A stretch of 64,000 nt of DNA from an uncultured bacterium (GTDB taxonomy: Bacteria; Cyanobacteriota; Vampirovibrionia; Gastranaerophilales; Gastranaerophilaceae): assembly GCA_949296355.1 (NCBI GenBank), contig CASFPS010000002.1, positions 10,781 through 74,780 of the forward strand. Direction: 5' to 3'. Each line of letters starts with the position of its first letter. Position 1 is the stretch's first letter. Positions 16,953-28,210 of the stretch are shown here, piece by piece. A program made the position numbers and the translations under genes. The notes under the pieces were generated by a model. It ran no database searches and was not told the origin of the DNA. It saw nothing but the letters and a program-made list of their open reading frames with translations.

Positions 16953-17303
16953 TTATTGCCAGAAAGAAAGAATAATACAGGTTAAAATATATAAAACAAA
17001 AAAGCTGTCATAAAGCCGGACAGGTTTATTTAACTTGTCAGGAGAAAATTTGTTCAGAATTACAACCTGATAAAAATCCCACAATCCTTTAAAAAGAATA
17101 ATTGCGCCCGTAATAAATACAATAAAAGCAAAAGTTATCAAAATATTATTGTTTACAATATCTCCGCCCAGAACTTTTACAAGAATATTAAAAGTTACCT
17201 GCCAGATTAGAAACATTAGAGCCGCGCAGGACAGGTATTTATAAGAATTTGAATGCATTCTGAAATTATTCAGACACCTGAATACTGGAACTAAATTATT
17301 CAC
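16953..17303 (-). CDS. Hypothetical membrane protein
   Basis: 116 aa with 3 hydrophobic helices. No recognisable motif. Confidence 0.4.
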   Translation of the reverse strand: MNNLVPVFRCLNNFRMHSNSYKYLSCAALMFLIWQVTFNILVKVLGGDIVNNNILITFAFIVFITGAIILFKGLWDFYQVVILNKFSPDKLNKPVRLYDSFFVLYILTCIILSFWQ

Positions 17304-17312
17304 CCTCTTCTC

Positions 17313-18701
17313 CTAAACAGTTGCCATTTTTTCCTGAAGAGTATGCGCAGACTCTTCATAACCCGCTCTTCCCATAAGCGCGTATGTATAATTCTTTGCC
17401 TGCTCAACTCCCGGCTGGCTGAATGTATCAATGTTATACAATTCTCCGGCTATAGCTGTCTGAACCTCCAGCATATAAAGAAGCTGGGCTATATTATATT
17501 CATCAATTCTTTCAAGAGAAATTGTCATTGTAGGACGTGAATAATCGGCAAGCGCAACTCTTGTAGAATCCGCTTCCGCATTAATCAAATCATTAATTGT
17601 TTTGCCGCCCAGATACCCTATGCCTGTATAATCAAAAATTTTAGGAATCTCAAGCGTTGTATCAAAGTTTTCAACACGGATAAATGTAATAACTTTGTTA
17701 TTAGGTCCTTCGTTATAAAGCTGGATTTGCGAGTGCTGGTCTGTTGCTCCGAGAGCCTTAATAGGAGTAGGACCTATATTAACCTTTTCGCCGTTATTAT
17801 TGTATTCTTTGCCCAGAGACTCTGCCCACAATTGCACAAACCAATCGGAAACATATTTGAGCCTGCTTGAATACGGCATCATAACAGAAAGATTCTTCCC
17901 TTTTTTGGTATCAAGAAGATATTGTACCAGAGCCCCTTGAGCCGCAATATTCTGGTGAATATCAGTGTTTTTAAGAGCCAGGTCCATGTCCTTGATTCCG
18001 TTCATAATCCGGTCAATATCAAGCCCGACAAGCGCAAACGGAACAAGCCCTACTGCAGAAAATACCGAAAATCTTCCGCCGACATCATCCGGAACAACAA
18101 AAGTTTTGTATCCCTCCTGATCGGCAAGCTGTCTTAAAACACCGACTTTTTTATCTGTAGTTGCAACAATATTGCGTCTGTAATTGTCGCCGAGTTCTCG
18201 CTCCAGGCGGTCTTTAATTATCATATACTGGGACATAGTCTCAGCCGTAGAGCCGGATTTTGTTATAACATTTACAAGGGTTTTTTTAAGGTCAAGAATG
18301 TCCAAAAGTCCGTTCATCGAATCAGGGTCGATATTGTCAAGAAAGAAAATCCTCGGGAGTCCTTTTCTCTGCTCCGGCGAAAGAAGATTCCAGTAAGGTT
18401 TCAAAAGAGCCTCTGTTACGGCAAGTCCGCCGAGAGCCGAGCCGCCGATTCCGAGAACCAGAATGTTATCAAACCTGCCTTCCACCATTGAAGCAAATTC
18501 TTTAACATACCAGACCGTTTCTTCATTGTAGCCTAAATTCATCCATTGAAGCCACTGTCCCGGTTTATCTTTCCTCTGGTTTAAACTCTTGATAATGTCG
18601 GAAATTTTGTCTTTGTAATTTTCAAATTCCTCTTTCAGGTTTAACCCGTCAGCCTCTCCGATAATTTGAGAGTCAGTGTTTCTAATGTTTAATTTAAGCA
18701 T
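17313..18701 (-). CDS. pgi: Glucose-6-phosphate isomerase
   Basis: GIGGSALG and TKSGSTAET SIS motifs, 462 aa. Confidence 0.85.
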   Translation of the reverse strand: MLKLNIRNTDSQIIGEADGLNLKEEFENYKDKISDIIKSLNQRKDKPGQWLQWMNLGYNEETVWYVKEFASMVEGRFDNILVLGIGGSALGGLAVTEALLKPYWNLLSPEQRKGLPRIFFLDNIDPDSMNGLLDILDLKKTLVNVITKSGSTAETMSQYMIIKDRLERELGDNYRRNIVATTDKKVGVLRQLADQEGYKTFVVPDDVGGRFSVFSAVGLVPFALVGLDIDRIMNGIKDMDLALKNTDIHQNIAAQGALVQYLLDTKKGKNLSVMMPYSSRLKYVSDWFVQLWAESLGKEYNNNGEKVNIGPTPIKALGATDQHSQIQLYNEGPNNKVITFIRVENFDTTLEIPKIFDYTGIGYLGGKTINDLINAEADSTRVALADYSRPTMTISLERIDEYNIAQLLYMLEVQTAIAGELYNIDTFSQPGVEQAKNYTYALMGRAGYEESAHTLQEKMATV

Positions 18702-18841
18702 TCCCCGACCTTTCTCTACTTATAATATCCTTATTTTAATTGTACTATTAACATTAATTTTTTCAAGCGTCAGAGGTTTAGTAATAACGGACTATTGAGG
18801 GGTATAGAAATTTTAAAAATTTTTGTAGTAAAATACAAAAT

Positions 18842-19180
18842 GTGAATATAATTTTAAGAATATTATTTATATTTATTTGTTTCATATTTTTGCAGGGAGC
18901 TTATAACCAAAATGTGACCTGCCGGACTTTTATCCCCCAAAATTATATTCAAACCGGAAGTTCAAATACTGTATTAACCTCTAATCAGATAAAAGATACA
19001 GAAATTGCAATAAGTAATATCAAAAATGAACAAACCGTTTCAAATAGTGAAAAGTACGGAACACTTTCTAATAATGTTTTTAACCGGAATAATAATTGCA
19101 TTTGCCTGAAAAGCAAACAATATGACCTTTATAATCTCACAACACGTTTAAAACAAAATCCGGCAATCAGAGCTCCTTAG
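18842..19180 (+). CDS. Hypothetical secreted protein
   Basis: GTG start, hydrophobic N-terminus, Asn/Ser-rich. No motif recognised. Confidence 0.35.
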   Translation: MNIILRILFIFICFIFLQGAYNQNVTCRTFIPQNYIQTGSSNTVLTSNQIKDTEIAISNIKNEQTVSNSEKYGTLSNNVFNRNNNCICLKSKQYDLYNLTTRLKQNPAIRAP

Positions 19181-19237
19181 AATACTTTCTTTTTTATTAA
19201 TAAAATTGGTACATATAAAAAAGAAGGAGAAAATATT

Positions 19238-19492
19238 ATGGACATGTCTTTATGGAAAGATGCCTTATTTGTAATGGTAATAGGTATGGGAACTGTTTTT
19301 GTATTCCTGACAGTTATGATATGGGCAATGGATTTTAACGGAAAAGTTTTGCAGTTTGTAAATAAAATCTGGCCGGAAGAACTTCCGCAGGAAGCAAAAC
19401 CGGCAAGAAGAACGGCTCAGACTTCCGATGATGAAGAAGTAGCTCTGGCAATTGCCTGCGCTATGGCTAAAGCAGGCAAACACGCCGCATAA
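19238..19492 (+). CDS. OadG-family (Na+-decarboxylase gamma/delta-like) small membrane protein
   Basis: MVIGMGTVFVFLTVMIWAM helix followed by an acidic/Ala-rich tail, 84 aa. Confidence 0.6.
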   Translation: MDMSLWKDALFVMVIGMGTVFVFLTVMIWAMDFNGKVLQFVNKIWPEELPQEAKPARRTAQTSDDEEVALAIACAMAKAGKHAA

Positions 19493-19512
19493 TAGAATTG
19501 ATTTATTAAAAC

Positions 19513-19546
19513 AAAAAGGGGCGGATAAATTATCCGCCCCTTTTTA
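19513..19546 (+). terminator. Rho-independent terminator
   Basis: AGGGGCGGATA-aat-TATCCGCCCCT plus TTTT. Confidence 0.85.
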
Positions 19547-19557
19547 TGATTTAAAGA

Positions 19558-19593
19558 TATAAAAAGGCGGCGGGGTTTCACCCCGCCGCCTTT
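19558..19593 (-). terminator. Rho-independent terminator of dnaK
   Basis: AGGCGGCGGGG-tttca-CCCCGCCGCCT with a T-run in the minus sense. Confidence 0.8.
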
Positions 19594-19619
19594 CGAATGG
19601 TCTTTTCCGGAGAAAGTGA

Positions 19620-21570
<1,951 letters not shown>

Positions 21571-21685
21571 TATCATTAAACCACTCTTTTTTATCAATCT
21601 TTAAAAAATAAACAAAAAATTAATATTTTAAATTTGAGCAGTTTTCATTTAAGATTTACAGCAAAACAACTTTACCAATTTACCC

Positions 21686-22537
21686 TTATTCTTTGTTTAC
21701 GGAAAAATACACATCCTTTAATCTTTTTTTGCTTATATGCGTATAAAGCTGGGTTGTAGCAACATCACTGTGTCCGAGAAGTTCCTGAACAACTCTCAAA
21801 TCCGCCCCGTTTTCAAGAAGATGGGTTGCAAAACTATGTCTTAATGTATGCGGAGAAATATTTTTGTGGATTAATTTTCCCTGTTCGTGAATAAATGTAT
21901 AAACATCCTGCCTTGTAGTCTGCCTGCCGTTTGGACAAATAAGCAGGGATTTTGTATTCAGGTTATATTTTTTTGTTAACAATTCCCTTTGCGGTAAATA
22001 CTCTTTTATAACATTTTTTGCAGTTTCACCCATCGGAATAATCCGTTCTTTTGAGCCTTTTCCAAAGCAGCGTACGTATTTGGAATTAAGGTCAATGTCA
22101 TTTAGTTTTAAATTAACAAGTTCCGAGACTCTTAATCCGCAGCTGTAAAGAAGTTCCATAATGACATGTTCTAAGGGGGTGAGATTGTTATGAAGCATCT
22201 CTTCAATCTCTTTTATAGAAACAACTTTCGGAAGCCTCTGAGGAACTTTCGGCTGCTCAAGAGTTGAAGCGGGATTTCTTGTAATGATTCCGGCTGACGC
22301 CGCCCATTTGAAAAATCCGCGCAAAGAAGCTATTTTTCTTATTATACTTGTAGATGCAAGTTTCTCTTCCCTGAGTTTTCTTATAAAAGAATTTATTGTC
22401 ATTCTGTCAATTTTTTGAATATCATCAATCCCGCGGGAAAATTCCGAAAGGTCGCGCCTGTACGCGTCTATCGTGTTTTGCGAAAGACCTTTTTCAAGTT
22501 CGAGATATTCTAAATATTGAGCAATTATCTGATACAT
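21686..22537 (-). CDS. xerD: Tyrosine recombinase XerC/XerD family
   Basis: N-terminal SAM-like domain (LSQNTIDAYRRDL) and C-terminal HTLRHSFATHLLENGADLRVVQELLGHSDVATTQLYTH. Confidence 0.85.
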   Translation of the reverse strand: MYQIIAQYLEYLELEKGLSQNTIDAYRRDLSEFSRGIDDIQKIDRMTINSFIRKLREEKLASTSIIRKIASLRGFFKWAASAGIITRNPASTLEQPKVPQRLPKVVSIKEIEEMLHNNLTPLEHVIMELLYSCGLRVSELVNLKLNDIDLNSKYVRCFGKGSKERIIPMGETAKNVIKEYLPQRELLTKKYNLNTKSLLICPNGRQTTRQDVYTFIHEQGKLIHKNISPHTLRHSFATHLLENGADLRVVQELLGHSDVATTQLYTHISKKRLKDVYFSVNKE

Positions 22538-22539
22538 AA

Positions 22540-23880
22540 TTATAATCTCAAATAAGCTTCACGAATAAAATAATCTTCAAGAGATTTCATGTCGGAAATT
22601 GTTGCGGTTGTGTCGTTTATTATAATGCAGAAAGCGTATTTATTCCCCTTTTTTGTGGTTAAATATCCGGCAATAGAGCTTAAATCCCCGTGAGTTCCGG
22701 TTTTAGCTTTCAAATTATCCTTAAGCGGAAGCATTCTCTGTGTGAGCGTTCCTTCTCCCGCTGCCGGAAGGTTTTGCATAAGCGGATTGTCTTTGGTCTT
22801 AACCAGAAATTCCGAGATAAAATCAGCGTTTATTAAATTGTTTTTAGAAACTCCGCTTGCGTCAACAATACGGATTCTCGAAGTATCAAGCCCTAATTTT
22901 TTGCAGTAGTTATTAAAAACTTTTATTCCGTTGATATCCGTTCCCCTGTCCTCATAAACTTTTCCGCCTGCAAGCTTTGATAGGGTTTCGGAGGCGAGAT
23001 TGCTGCTGTTTTTCAGAATATCCTCCACTGCCTGAGATATTGGATGGGTAATTTTATCAAGCTCTGTATCATCTTCTGTAACTTTATCCGCAATAAGATT
23101 TTGTTTCAGATAAATATTTTTATCGTGAATGGTATTCGTAAATCTTATGTCAAAATATCTTTTTAAATTATTAGCCGGAATTCTTACAATATACGGTTTA
23201 TTTACAGTTCCGCTTAAAGAAAGCGTGTTTGCGGAAATCGAATTGTCACGTGATACAGTAACCTCGTTTTTGTCTCCGGTTATAACATTATTCAAAAATA
23301 CAAACGGATACTTGCTCGGATTTATAATCAAAGCCGGCTCGCCTTTCCCTGCAGGCATTAAAGTTAGTTTTATCAGATTCCCGTCAAGGTTGTATGAATT
23401 GAATCGCGGCATAAGAACATTCATATCATCATCCCACTGCCAGCCCTCGCCCCAGCTTTTCTTTTCCAGAATACTGTCATCTACATAAATCTTCTTAACA
23501 GTTTCGCGGTCAATATTGTTTACAAGGCTCTTTAAATCCGAAGAGGTTAAATACGGGTCAGCGCCGAGTTTTATGACATAACTGTCATCCCCTCGTTTAT
23601 ATATTGTTGTTGTAAATTCATAATCCTCCCCCAGAGCCTCTACTGCCGGAAGAAGAGTCAAAACTTTTTGTACAGACGCCGGATGCATAAGAATTTTTTC
23701 GTTTAATTCATATACGGGCTTTCCTGTATTCACATCCTTGACAGAAATTGCAACAGAATTTTTTTCGACTCCCGAATCATTTATTACAGACGCAAAATCA
23801 GCCTTTTGTGGTTTAGCACCGCGGGCTTGGACGGATAACGCCATAAAAAATACCAGAATTGCCGCAAAAATTTTCTTCAT
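22540..23880 (-). CDS. dacB: D-alanyl-D-alanine carboxypeptidase/endopeptidase, PBP4 (S13) family
   Basis: Signal peptide, SxxK (PASVQKV) and KTG (KAKTGTH) motifs. Confidence 0.8.
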   Translation of the reverse strand: MKKIFAAILVFFMALSVQARGAKPQKADFASVINDSGVEKNSVAISVKDVNTGKPVYELNEKILMHPASVQKVLTLLPAVEALGEDYEFTTTIYKRGDDSYVIKLGADPYLTSSDLKSLVNNIDRETVKKIYVDDSILEKKSWGEGWQWDDDMNVLMPRFNSYNLDGNLIKLTLMPAGKGEPALIINPSKYPFVFLNNVITGDKNEVTVSRDNSISANTLSLSGTVNKPYIVRIPANNLKRYFDIRFTNTIHDKNIYLKQNLIADKVTEDDTELDKITHPISQAVEDILKNSSNLASETLSKLAGGKVYEDRGTDINGIKVFNNYCKKLGLDTSRIRIVDASGVSKNNLINADFISEFLVKTKDNPLMQNLPAAGEGTLTQRMLPLKDNLKAKTGTHGDLSSIAGYLTTKKGNKYAFCIIINDTTATISDMKSLEDYFIREAYLRL

Positions 23881-24698
23881 TTTTTTATTACCTCGTAAGA
23901 CTCCTTTACATCATTCAAAATATTACAGTTGGCTCTGAATTTATACATATCCTCTAAATCTATTTCCGCATAAATTCCGCCTTCATTTTCCTCTATTTCA
24001 TCTAAGATTTTCCCGTTATAATCAATAATCATTGAATGCCCGAGATTCTCCGCCCCGTCTGCCAGCAATCCTGTCTGGGTAAGCGCTGTCATATATGTCT
24101 GATTTTCAATCGCTCTTGCAAGAGCAAGCGTATCCCAGTGAACTTTTCTTGACTTAGGCCATGCTGCCATATTAACCAGAATATCAGCGCCGGCTTTTCT
24201 GTACGCTCTGTATATTTCAGGGAAACGAATATCATAGCATATTGAAATTCCGAGTTTAACCCCTTCAATTTCAACCATTACAGGGTTGGAGCCTGCTGTT
24301 ATATAGCTGTTTTCCGTATCTCCGTTATATGAATACAGATGGTTTTTGTTATATATACAAACAACCTCACCGTCCCTGTTGATTACGGGACAGGTATTGA
24401 AGAGTTTATCTCCCTCTTTTCTCACAAAACTTCCGCCTAAAATATTAACTCTGTATTCTTTTGCAATTTCCATAAGCATTTTTACCGCGCGCGAATCTTC
24501 AAGAGTTTCCGCACTCTCCGGAAACGACGGGCAGTCCCAGCCAACAGTCCACAATTCCGGCAAGAATACAAAATCAACATTCCCGTATTTCTCAAGATTT
24601 GCCCTGAGTAAATTCCGGACTGTTTCAATATTCAAATCCAAATTACCGATTGCAGATTCCATTTGAATTGCAAGAAGTTTTATTTTTTTCTTCTCCAT
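23877..24698 (-). CDS. Carbon-nitrogen hydrolase (nitrilase superfamily)
   Basis: Glu-Lys-Cys triad context: FLPELW, NKNHLY, ICYDIRFPE. Confidence 0.8.
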   Translation of the reverse strand: MEKKKIKLLAIQMESAIGNLDLNIETVRNLLRANLEKYGNVDFVFLPELWTVGWDCPSFPESAETLEDSRAVKMLMEIAKEYRVNILGGSFVRKEGDKLFNTCPVINRDGEVVCIYNKNHLYSYNGDTENSYITAGSNPVMVEIEGVKLGISICYDIRFPEIYRAYRKAGADILVNMAAWPKSRKVHWDTLALARAIENQTYMTALTQTGLLADGAENLGHSMIIDYNGKILDEIEENEGGIYAEIDLEDMYKFRANCNILNDVKESYEVIKK

Positions 24699-25351
24699 AT
24701 TCCGAATTTGTATACCTCATCAAACGCTTTCGGAGCTTTTTGTTCAAGTTCTTCGAGACTTTTTTGTAACTTCAGGCGCGCTTCTTCTTCATCCCCGTCA
24801 GGAGAAATATAAATCGGCTCACCGTAAATATTAATCAAGTTGGTTGCAAAAATAGGGCTTCGCATATTATCCCACGAATTAAATTTTGCCCAGGTAAAAT
24901 TCTTAGAATACCAGAAAACAGGAACAACCGGAACTCCGGCAAGTTTTGCAATTTTAATGGCTCCGTCTTTAGCAACTCTTGCGGGACCTCGCGGACCGTC
25001 AACCATCATTGCACAATTCTCGCCGCGCTTAAGTGCTTCAATCATCTGCATGCTGGCTTCCACCGCACCCTTTTTACCTTTGGATCCGCGGATTGTCTTA
25101 AATCCCCATCTTTCCACAACATCTGCTATAACATCCCCGTCTTTTGAGCGGCTTATCAAAACATTTGTATTTGCCCTCTCCGGAAGCCCGTGTATACAAA
25201 ATTGATGACAATGCCACATTGCATAAACACAAGGTTTTATGTTAGGATTACCTACCTCTATTATTCTTGTAAAAAGCTCCTGGGTTTTTAAAATTCTAAA
25301 TACCAGCTTTGATATTATTTCTGTATTTTTTCCGTCTAATATTCTAACCAT
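24680..25351 (-). CDS. DUF374 lysophospholipid acyltransferase-like protein
   Basis: ISRSKDGDVIA...RGSKGKKGAVEA...MMVDGPRGP...GVPVVPV. Confidence 0.75.
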   Translation of the reverse strand: MVRILDGKNTEIISKLVFRILKTQELFTRIIEVGNPNIKPCVYAMWHCHQFCIHGLPERANTNVLISRSKDGDVIADVVERWGFKTIRGSKGKKGAVEASMQMIEALKRGENCAMMVDGPRGPARVAKDGAIKIAKLAGVPVVPVFWYSKNFTWAKFNSWDNMRSPIFATNLINIYGEPIYISPDGDEEEARLKLQKSLEELEQKAPKAFDEVYKFGIWRRKK

Positions 25352-25479
25352 AGAACTTATTATACTATAAAATCAACCGGCATACCAAACACGCTCTTTT
25401 CGCAAAGAAAATTGAAATAATTCTAATAACCTTATATATCATGTAAACTTTTGTAACAAAGCCCCTTATATTTTCCTTA

Positions 25480-25515
25480 AAAAGGCAATTTTTATTGAAA
25501 CGAAGACTTTATATA
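25480..25515 (+). promoter_or_regulatory. AAGGCA-ATTTTT upstream box (degenerate sigma-28-like), copy A
   Basis: AAAAGGCA-N11-AACGAAGA-CTTTATATA. The CGA core occupies the same register as the copy at 50034..50069. Confidence 0.4.
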
Positions 25516-25547
25516 AGTAAGGTTAGATAAATATAGGTTAGGTTGGT

Positions 25548-26177
25548 ATGATTAATAATATTACGACTACTATGGACGTGCGTCCGCAGATGGCGGTTGC
25601 AAAGCCGACACCGTCTGTTTCGGGCTTTACAATGCCTCCGATATTGGGGTTTAAGTCAATTCCTTTAAAGGAGAAGGCGCAGATAAGGATTAAAAAAATT
25701 AAAAGGGGAGATAATTTAATTGTCCCCGGGGATATAGATGATGATTATGTTGATATTGTTGAAGAAACTATTTCCAACAATAGCGGCGGGAACTTTTTTG
25801 CGTCGCAGGATATTATCCAGCCCGTGTTTAAACGGAAGATGAAGTATTTGAAAAATTGTTATATTATAGACTATATTCAATCTCCGAAACAACGATGCGG
25901 ACTGGGAACCGAGGCTGTAAAAAATCTGGCTGAAAAAGCCATGTTTGATCCGAAAGCCGAAGGGAGGATTGTGACTTTTTCAGCGCCGCTTGTAAAAGAG
26001 TCATCACCCGCGTTATTCTTTTACAAACTCGGGTTCAGGTTTACAAGTCCGGAGGCTAACGAGCGTATGGAGGAATGTATAGTCAAAAAAATACCGGATA
26101 TTCCGGCTCAGGTAGGAATGATGTATTTACCTAAAAGCCGTCTGCATAAACTTTTGAGATACGGAGAATTATTCTAA
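25548..26177 (+). CDS. GNAT-fold acetyltransferase-like protein with ~90-aa unknown N-terminal extension
   Basis: IDYIQSPKQRCGLGTEAVKNLAEKA (motif A, Q/RxxGxG/A) and FFYKLGFRF. Confidence 0.55.
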   Translation: MINNITTTMDVRPQMAVAKPTPSVSGFTMPPILGFKSIPLKEKAQIRIKKIKRGDNLIVPGDIDDDYVDIVEETISNNSGGNFFASQDIIQPVFKRKMKYLKNCYIIDYIQSPKQRCGLGTEAVKNLAEKAMFDPKAEGRIVTFSAPLVKESSPALFFYKLGFRFTSPEANERMEECIVKKIPDIPAQVGMMYLPKSRLHKLLRYGELF

Positions 26178-26480
26178 ATGAGTGAAATCGGAAACAATAT
26201 TTTAGATAGTCATTATTCAACACAAACAAAAGTTAAACCCTCAAAAAGAGCGGTTGCCCAGGCGCCTGCGGTTTTACCCAAACACAAGTTGTTTTCTAAT
26301 GAAGAAGCAGAACAAAAAATAAATTCCATAAACAACGATATTTATACAGGAACTGTAAACGAGAAGAAGAAAAAAGAATTTAACCGCTCTTTGTATTTCA
26401 AAATTTTCGGAGGTGTTGCGCTTGCAGCTGCAGGAATTGCAGGGATTAATAAAATCAAAAGTTTCTTTAAGTCATCTTAA
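26178..26480 (+). CDS. Hypothetical tail-anchored protein
   Basis: 100 aa with a single C-terminal TM (FKIFGGVALAAAGIAGI). ATG 26178 immediately follows the upstream stop (TAAATG), with no overlap. Confidence 0.45.
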   Translation: MSEIGNNILDSHYSTQTKVKPSKRAVAQAPAVLPKHKLFSNEEAEQKINSINNDIYTGTVNEKKKKEFNRSLYFKIFGGVALAAAGIAGINKIKSFFKSS

Positions 26481-26518
26481 ATTACAGCTCACGCCGGGAA
26501 GGAGGCAAGCCGTTTATT

Positions 26519-27139
26519 CTATTTGCTCAGGGCTTTTGATACAATAATAAATAAATTAACCATCATAAATCCGAGAAACATTCCTGCAATAACATCAACA
26601 GGATAATGAACTCCGAGCCAGAGGCGTGAAATTCCCACGAGCAGAATCCATACGCCGAACAGAGTTGTTAAAAAATATCTCCAGAAATCGGATTTTGCAT
26701 AATGCAGAACAAGATAAATTAAAATTCCGTAAAAACACATTGTAGTTGAAGAGTGTCCTGACGGAAAACTGAAACTTGAATCAATACAAGGGCGTTCGCG
26801 ACATACAAAATTCTTTATAACATCCGTAAGAACATAAGTTGCCTGAGTAAAAAATATCAAAAGAAAAGCTTTCATATATCTCTTTTCAGAGATTAACACG
26901 CTTCCTGCAGCAATTTGAGGCCAGATCATGTGGTAAGAACGTCCAAACTCCGTTATAAAAGTTGCAATATAGACAGGATAAGGCGAGAGCGCAAGCCTTA
27001 TGGAGTGCAGAACATTTGAATCGAATTTTGTCAATCCCGGCATATAAAGCACAAGTATTGTTAGTATTACAAATACTACAATAGAGACTATTACATAATT
27101 CCAGTTCAATGCTGCTCCGTATTCCTTCTGTCGGCTCAT
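26519..27139 (-). CDS. PAP2-family lipid phosphatase
   Basis: KxxxxxxRP (KNFVCRERP), PSGHS, SRLWLGVHYPVDV. Confidence 0.85.
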   Translation of the reverse strand: MSRQKEYGAALNWNYVIVSIVVFVILTILVLYMPGLTKFDSNVLHSIRLALSPYPVYIATFITEFGRSYHMIWPQIAAGSVLISEKRYMKAFLLIFFTQATYVLTDVIKNFVCRERPCIDSSFSFPSGHSSTTMCFYGILIYLVLHYAKSDFWRYFLTTLFGVWILLVGISRLWLGVHYPVDVIAGMFLGFMMVNLFIIVSKALSK

Positions 27140-27177
27140 TATTTCTCCTTATTATTTTGGGCGGCAAGCTGCTATCA

Positions 27178-27264
27178 GTTTAGGAGTTGAGAAGATTTTG
27201 TATTCACTTATAAACTATCAGTAAACTTCTTCTAAACTTCTAAACTTATCCTCTTCTAAACTCC
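27178..27264. repeat. Inverted short-tandem-repeat hairpin element (CTTCTAAA family)
   Basis: GTTTAGGAGTTGAGAAG ... AAACTTCTTCTAAACTTCTAAACTTATCCTCTTCTAAACTCC. The same 17-mer recurs at 36337-36353. Confidence 0.8.
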
Positions 27265-27265
27265 G

Positions 27266-27766
27266 CTAAATTCCCCCTCTGACTTTCACTGCAAGATCCA
27301 GAAACTTATTAACCCCTGCCATAACAAGCGGTGATATCTCGCTTACACAAATTGCAAAGAAAAATAAAGCTGAAATTGCCGCAATAAGTTTTTGAATATC
27401 AGAAAACATAAAAACTTTTTTGCCTCTGTATTCGTCAATTCCCTGATATTCGTCGGTGAATGGTTTTACAGGAAATTTTTCTTCAATTTTTTCTATTACA
27501 TTTGCATACTTGATTTTAATAAGTGTGTTGTAAGAATCAACATTCATCCACCACAAAGCGCTTATTGAAACACCTAAAAGCGCAAAAACCAGAGTTGCGG
27601 TGATTAAATTTATGAAAACTACGTTTCCTGTATATATCATGGCAATTATTATCACAAAAATTGCTGCCATATAGAATTTATTAGTATTAAAATTTCTGTC
27701 AATAAAATTTTCTTTTTGTTCGCAATATGTCTTGTATTCTTGAAATATCAGCTCTTCTCTGTCCAT
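27266..27766 (-). CDS. Hypothetical membrane protein (3 TM)
   Basis: Amphipathic N-terminus (EYKTYCEQKENFIDRNFNTNKFY) then hydrophobic helices. Family uncertain. Confidence 0.45.
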   Translation of the reverse strand: MDREELIFQEYKTYCEQKENFIDRNFNTNKFYMAAIFVIIIAMIYTGNVVFINLITATLVFALLGVSISALWWMNVDSYNTLIKIKYANVIEKIEEKFPVKPFTDEYQGIDEYRGKKVFMFSDIQKLIAAISALFFFAICVSEISPLVMAGVNKFLDLAVKVRGGI

Positions 27767-27852
27767 TTATAATCTCCTATATTTAGTTATTGTCGGGCTA
27801 AAGCCCGACCTGCTTATCAATTCTGTCAAGTAATGCCGAACCTGCCAGAGTG

Positions 27853-28140
27853 CTGTCATTGCGAGACGCGTGAGCGTCGTGGCAATCCATTTTTATTCAA
27901 TTGTCAAATTTGTTATAGATTGCTTCGGGCTGAATGGCTGTCCCCTCGCAATGACGCCCGACTTGTAGGCTTACTTCCTGACTGAAATCATTTACCCTCG
28001 CAATGACGCTAAGCTTGTAGTCACACTTACCAACCTAATTCATTTACCCCCGCAATGACGCTAAGCTTGTAGTCACACTTACCAACCTAATTCATTTACC
28101 CCCGCAATGACGCCAAATTTGTAGTCTTACTTACCTATCC
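27853..28140. repeat. Array of GTCATTGCGAG / CATTTACCCCCGCAATGACG modules including 52-bp tandem units
   Basis: CATTTACCC starts at 27989, 28041 and 28093 (period 52). Units two and three are identical. Confidence 0.9.
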
Positions 28141-28160
28141 GACATTAATTTATTCCTTTC

Positions 28161-28195
28161 TCAGTCACTTAGTCACTTAATCACTCGGTCACTAA
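28161..28195. repeat. Heptamer repeats (TCACTNA)
   Basis: TCAGTCACTTAGTCACTTAATCACTCGGTCACTAA. Confidence 0.8.
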
Positions 28196-28210
28196 TAAAA
28201 GACCCCTCCT

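Noticed and set aside
27930-28140. Possible CRISPR array (regularly spaced ~20-nt CATTTACCCCCGCAATGACG repeats); the same question applies to 47110-47335
   Set aside because: The 'spacers' are themselves conserved or identical between units, so these are 51-52-bp tandem repeats. There are no cas genes or leader in the window.
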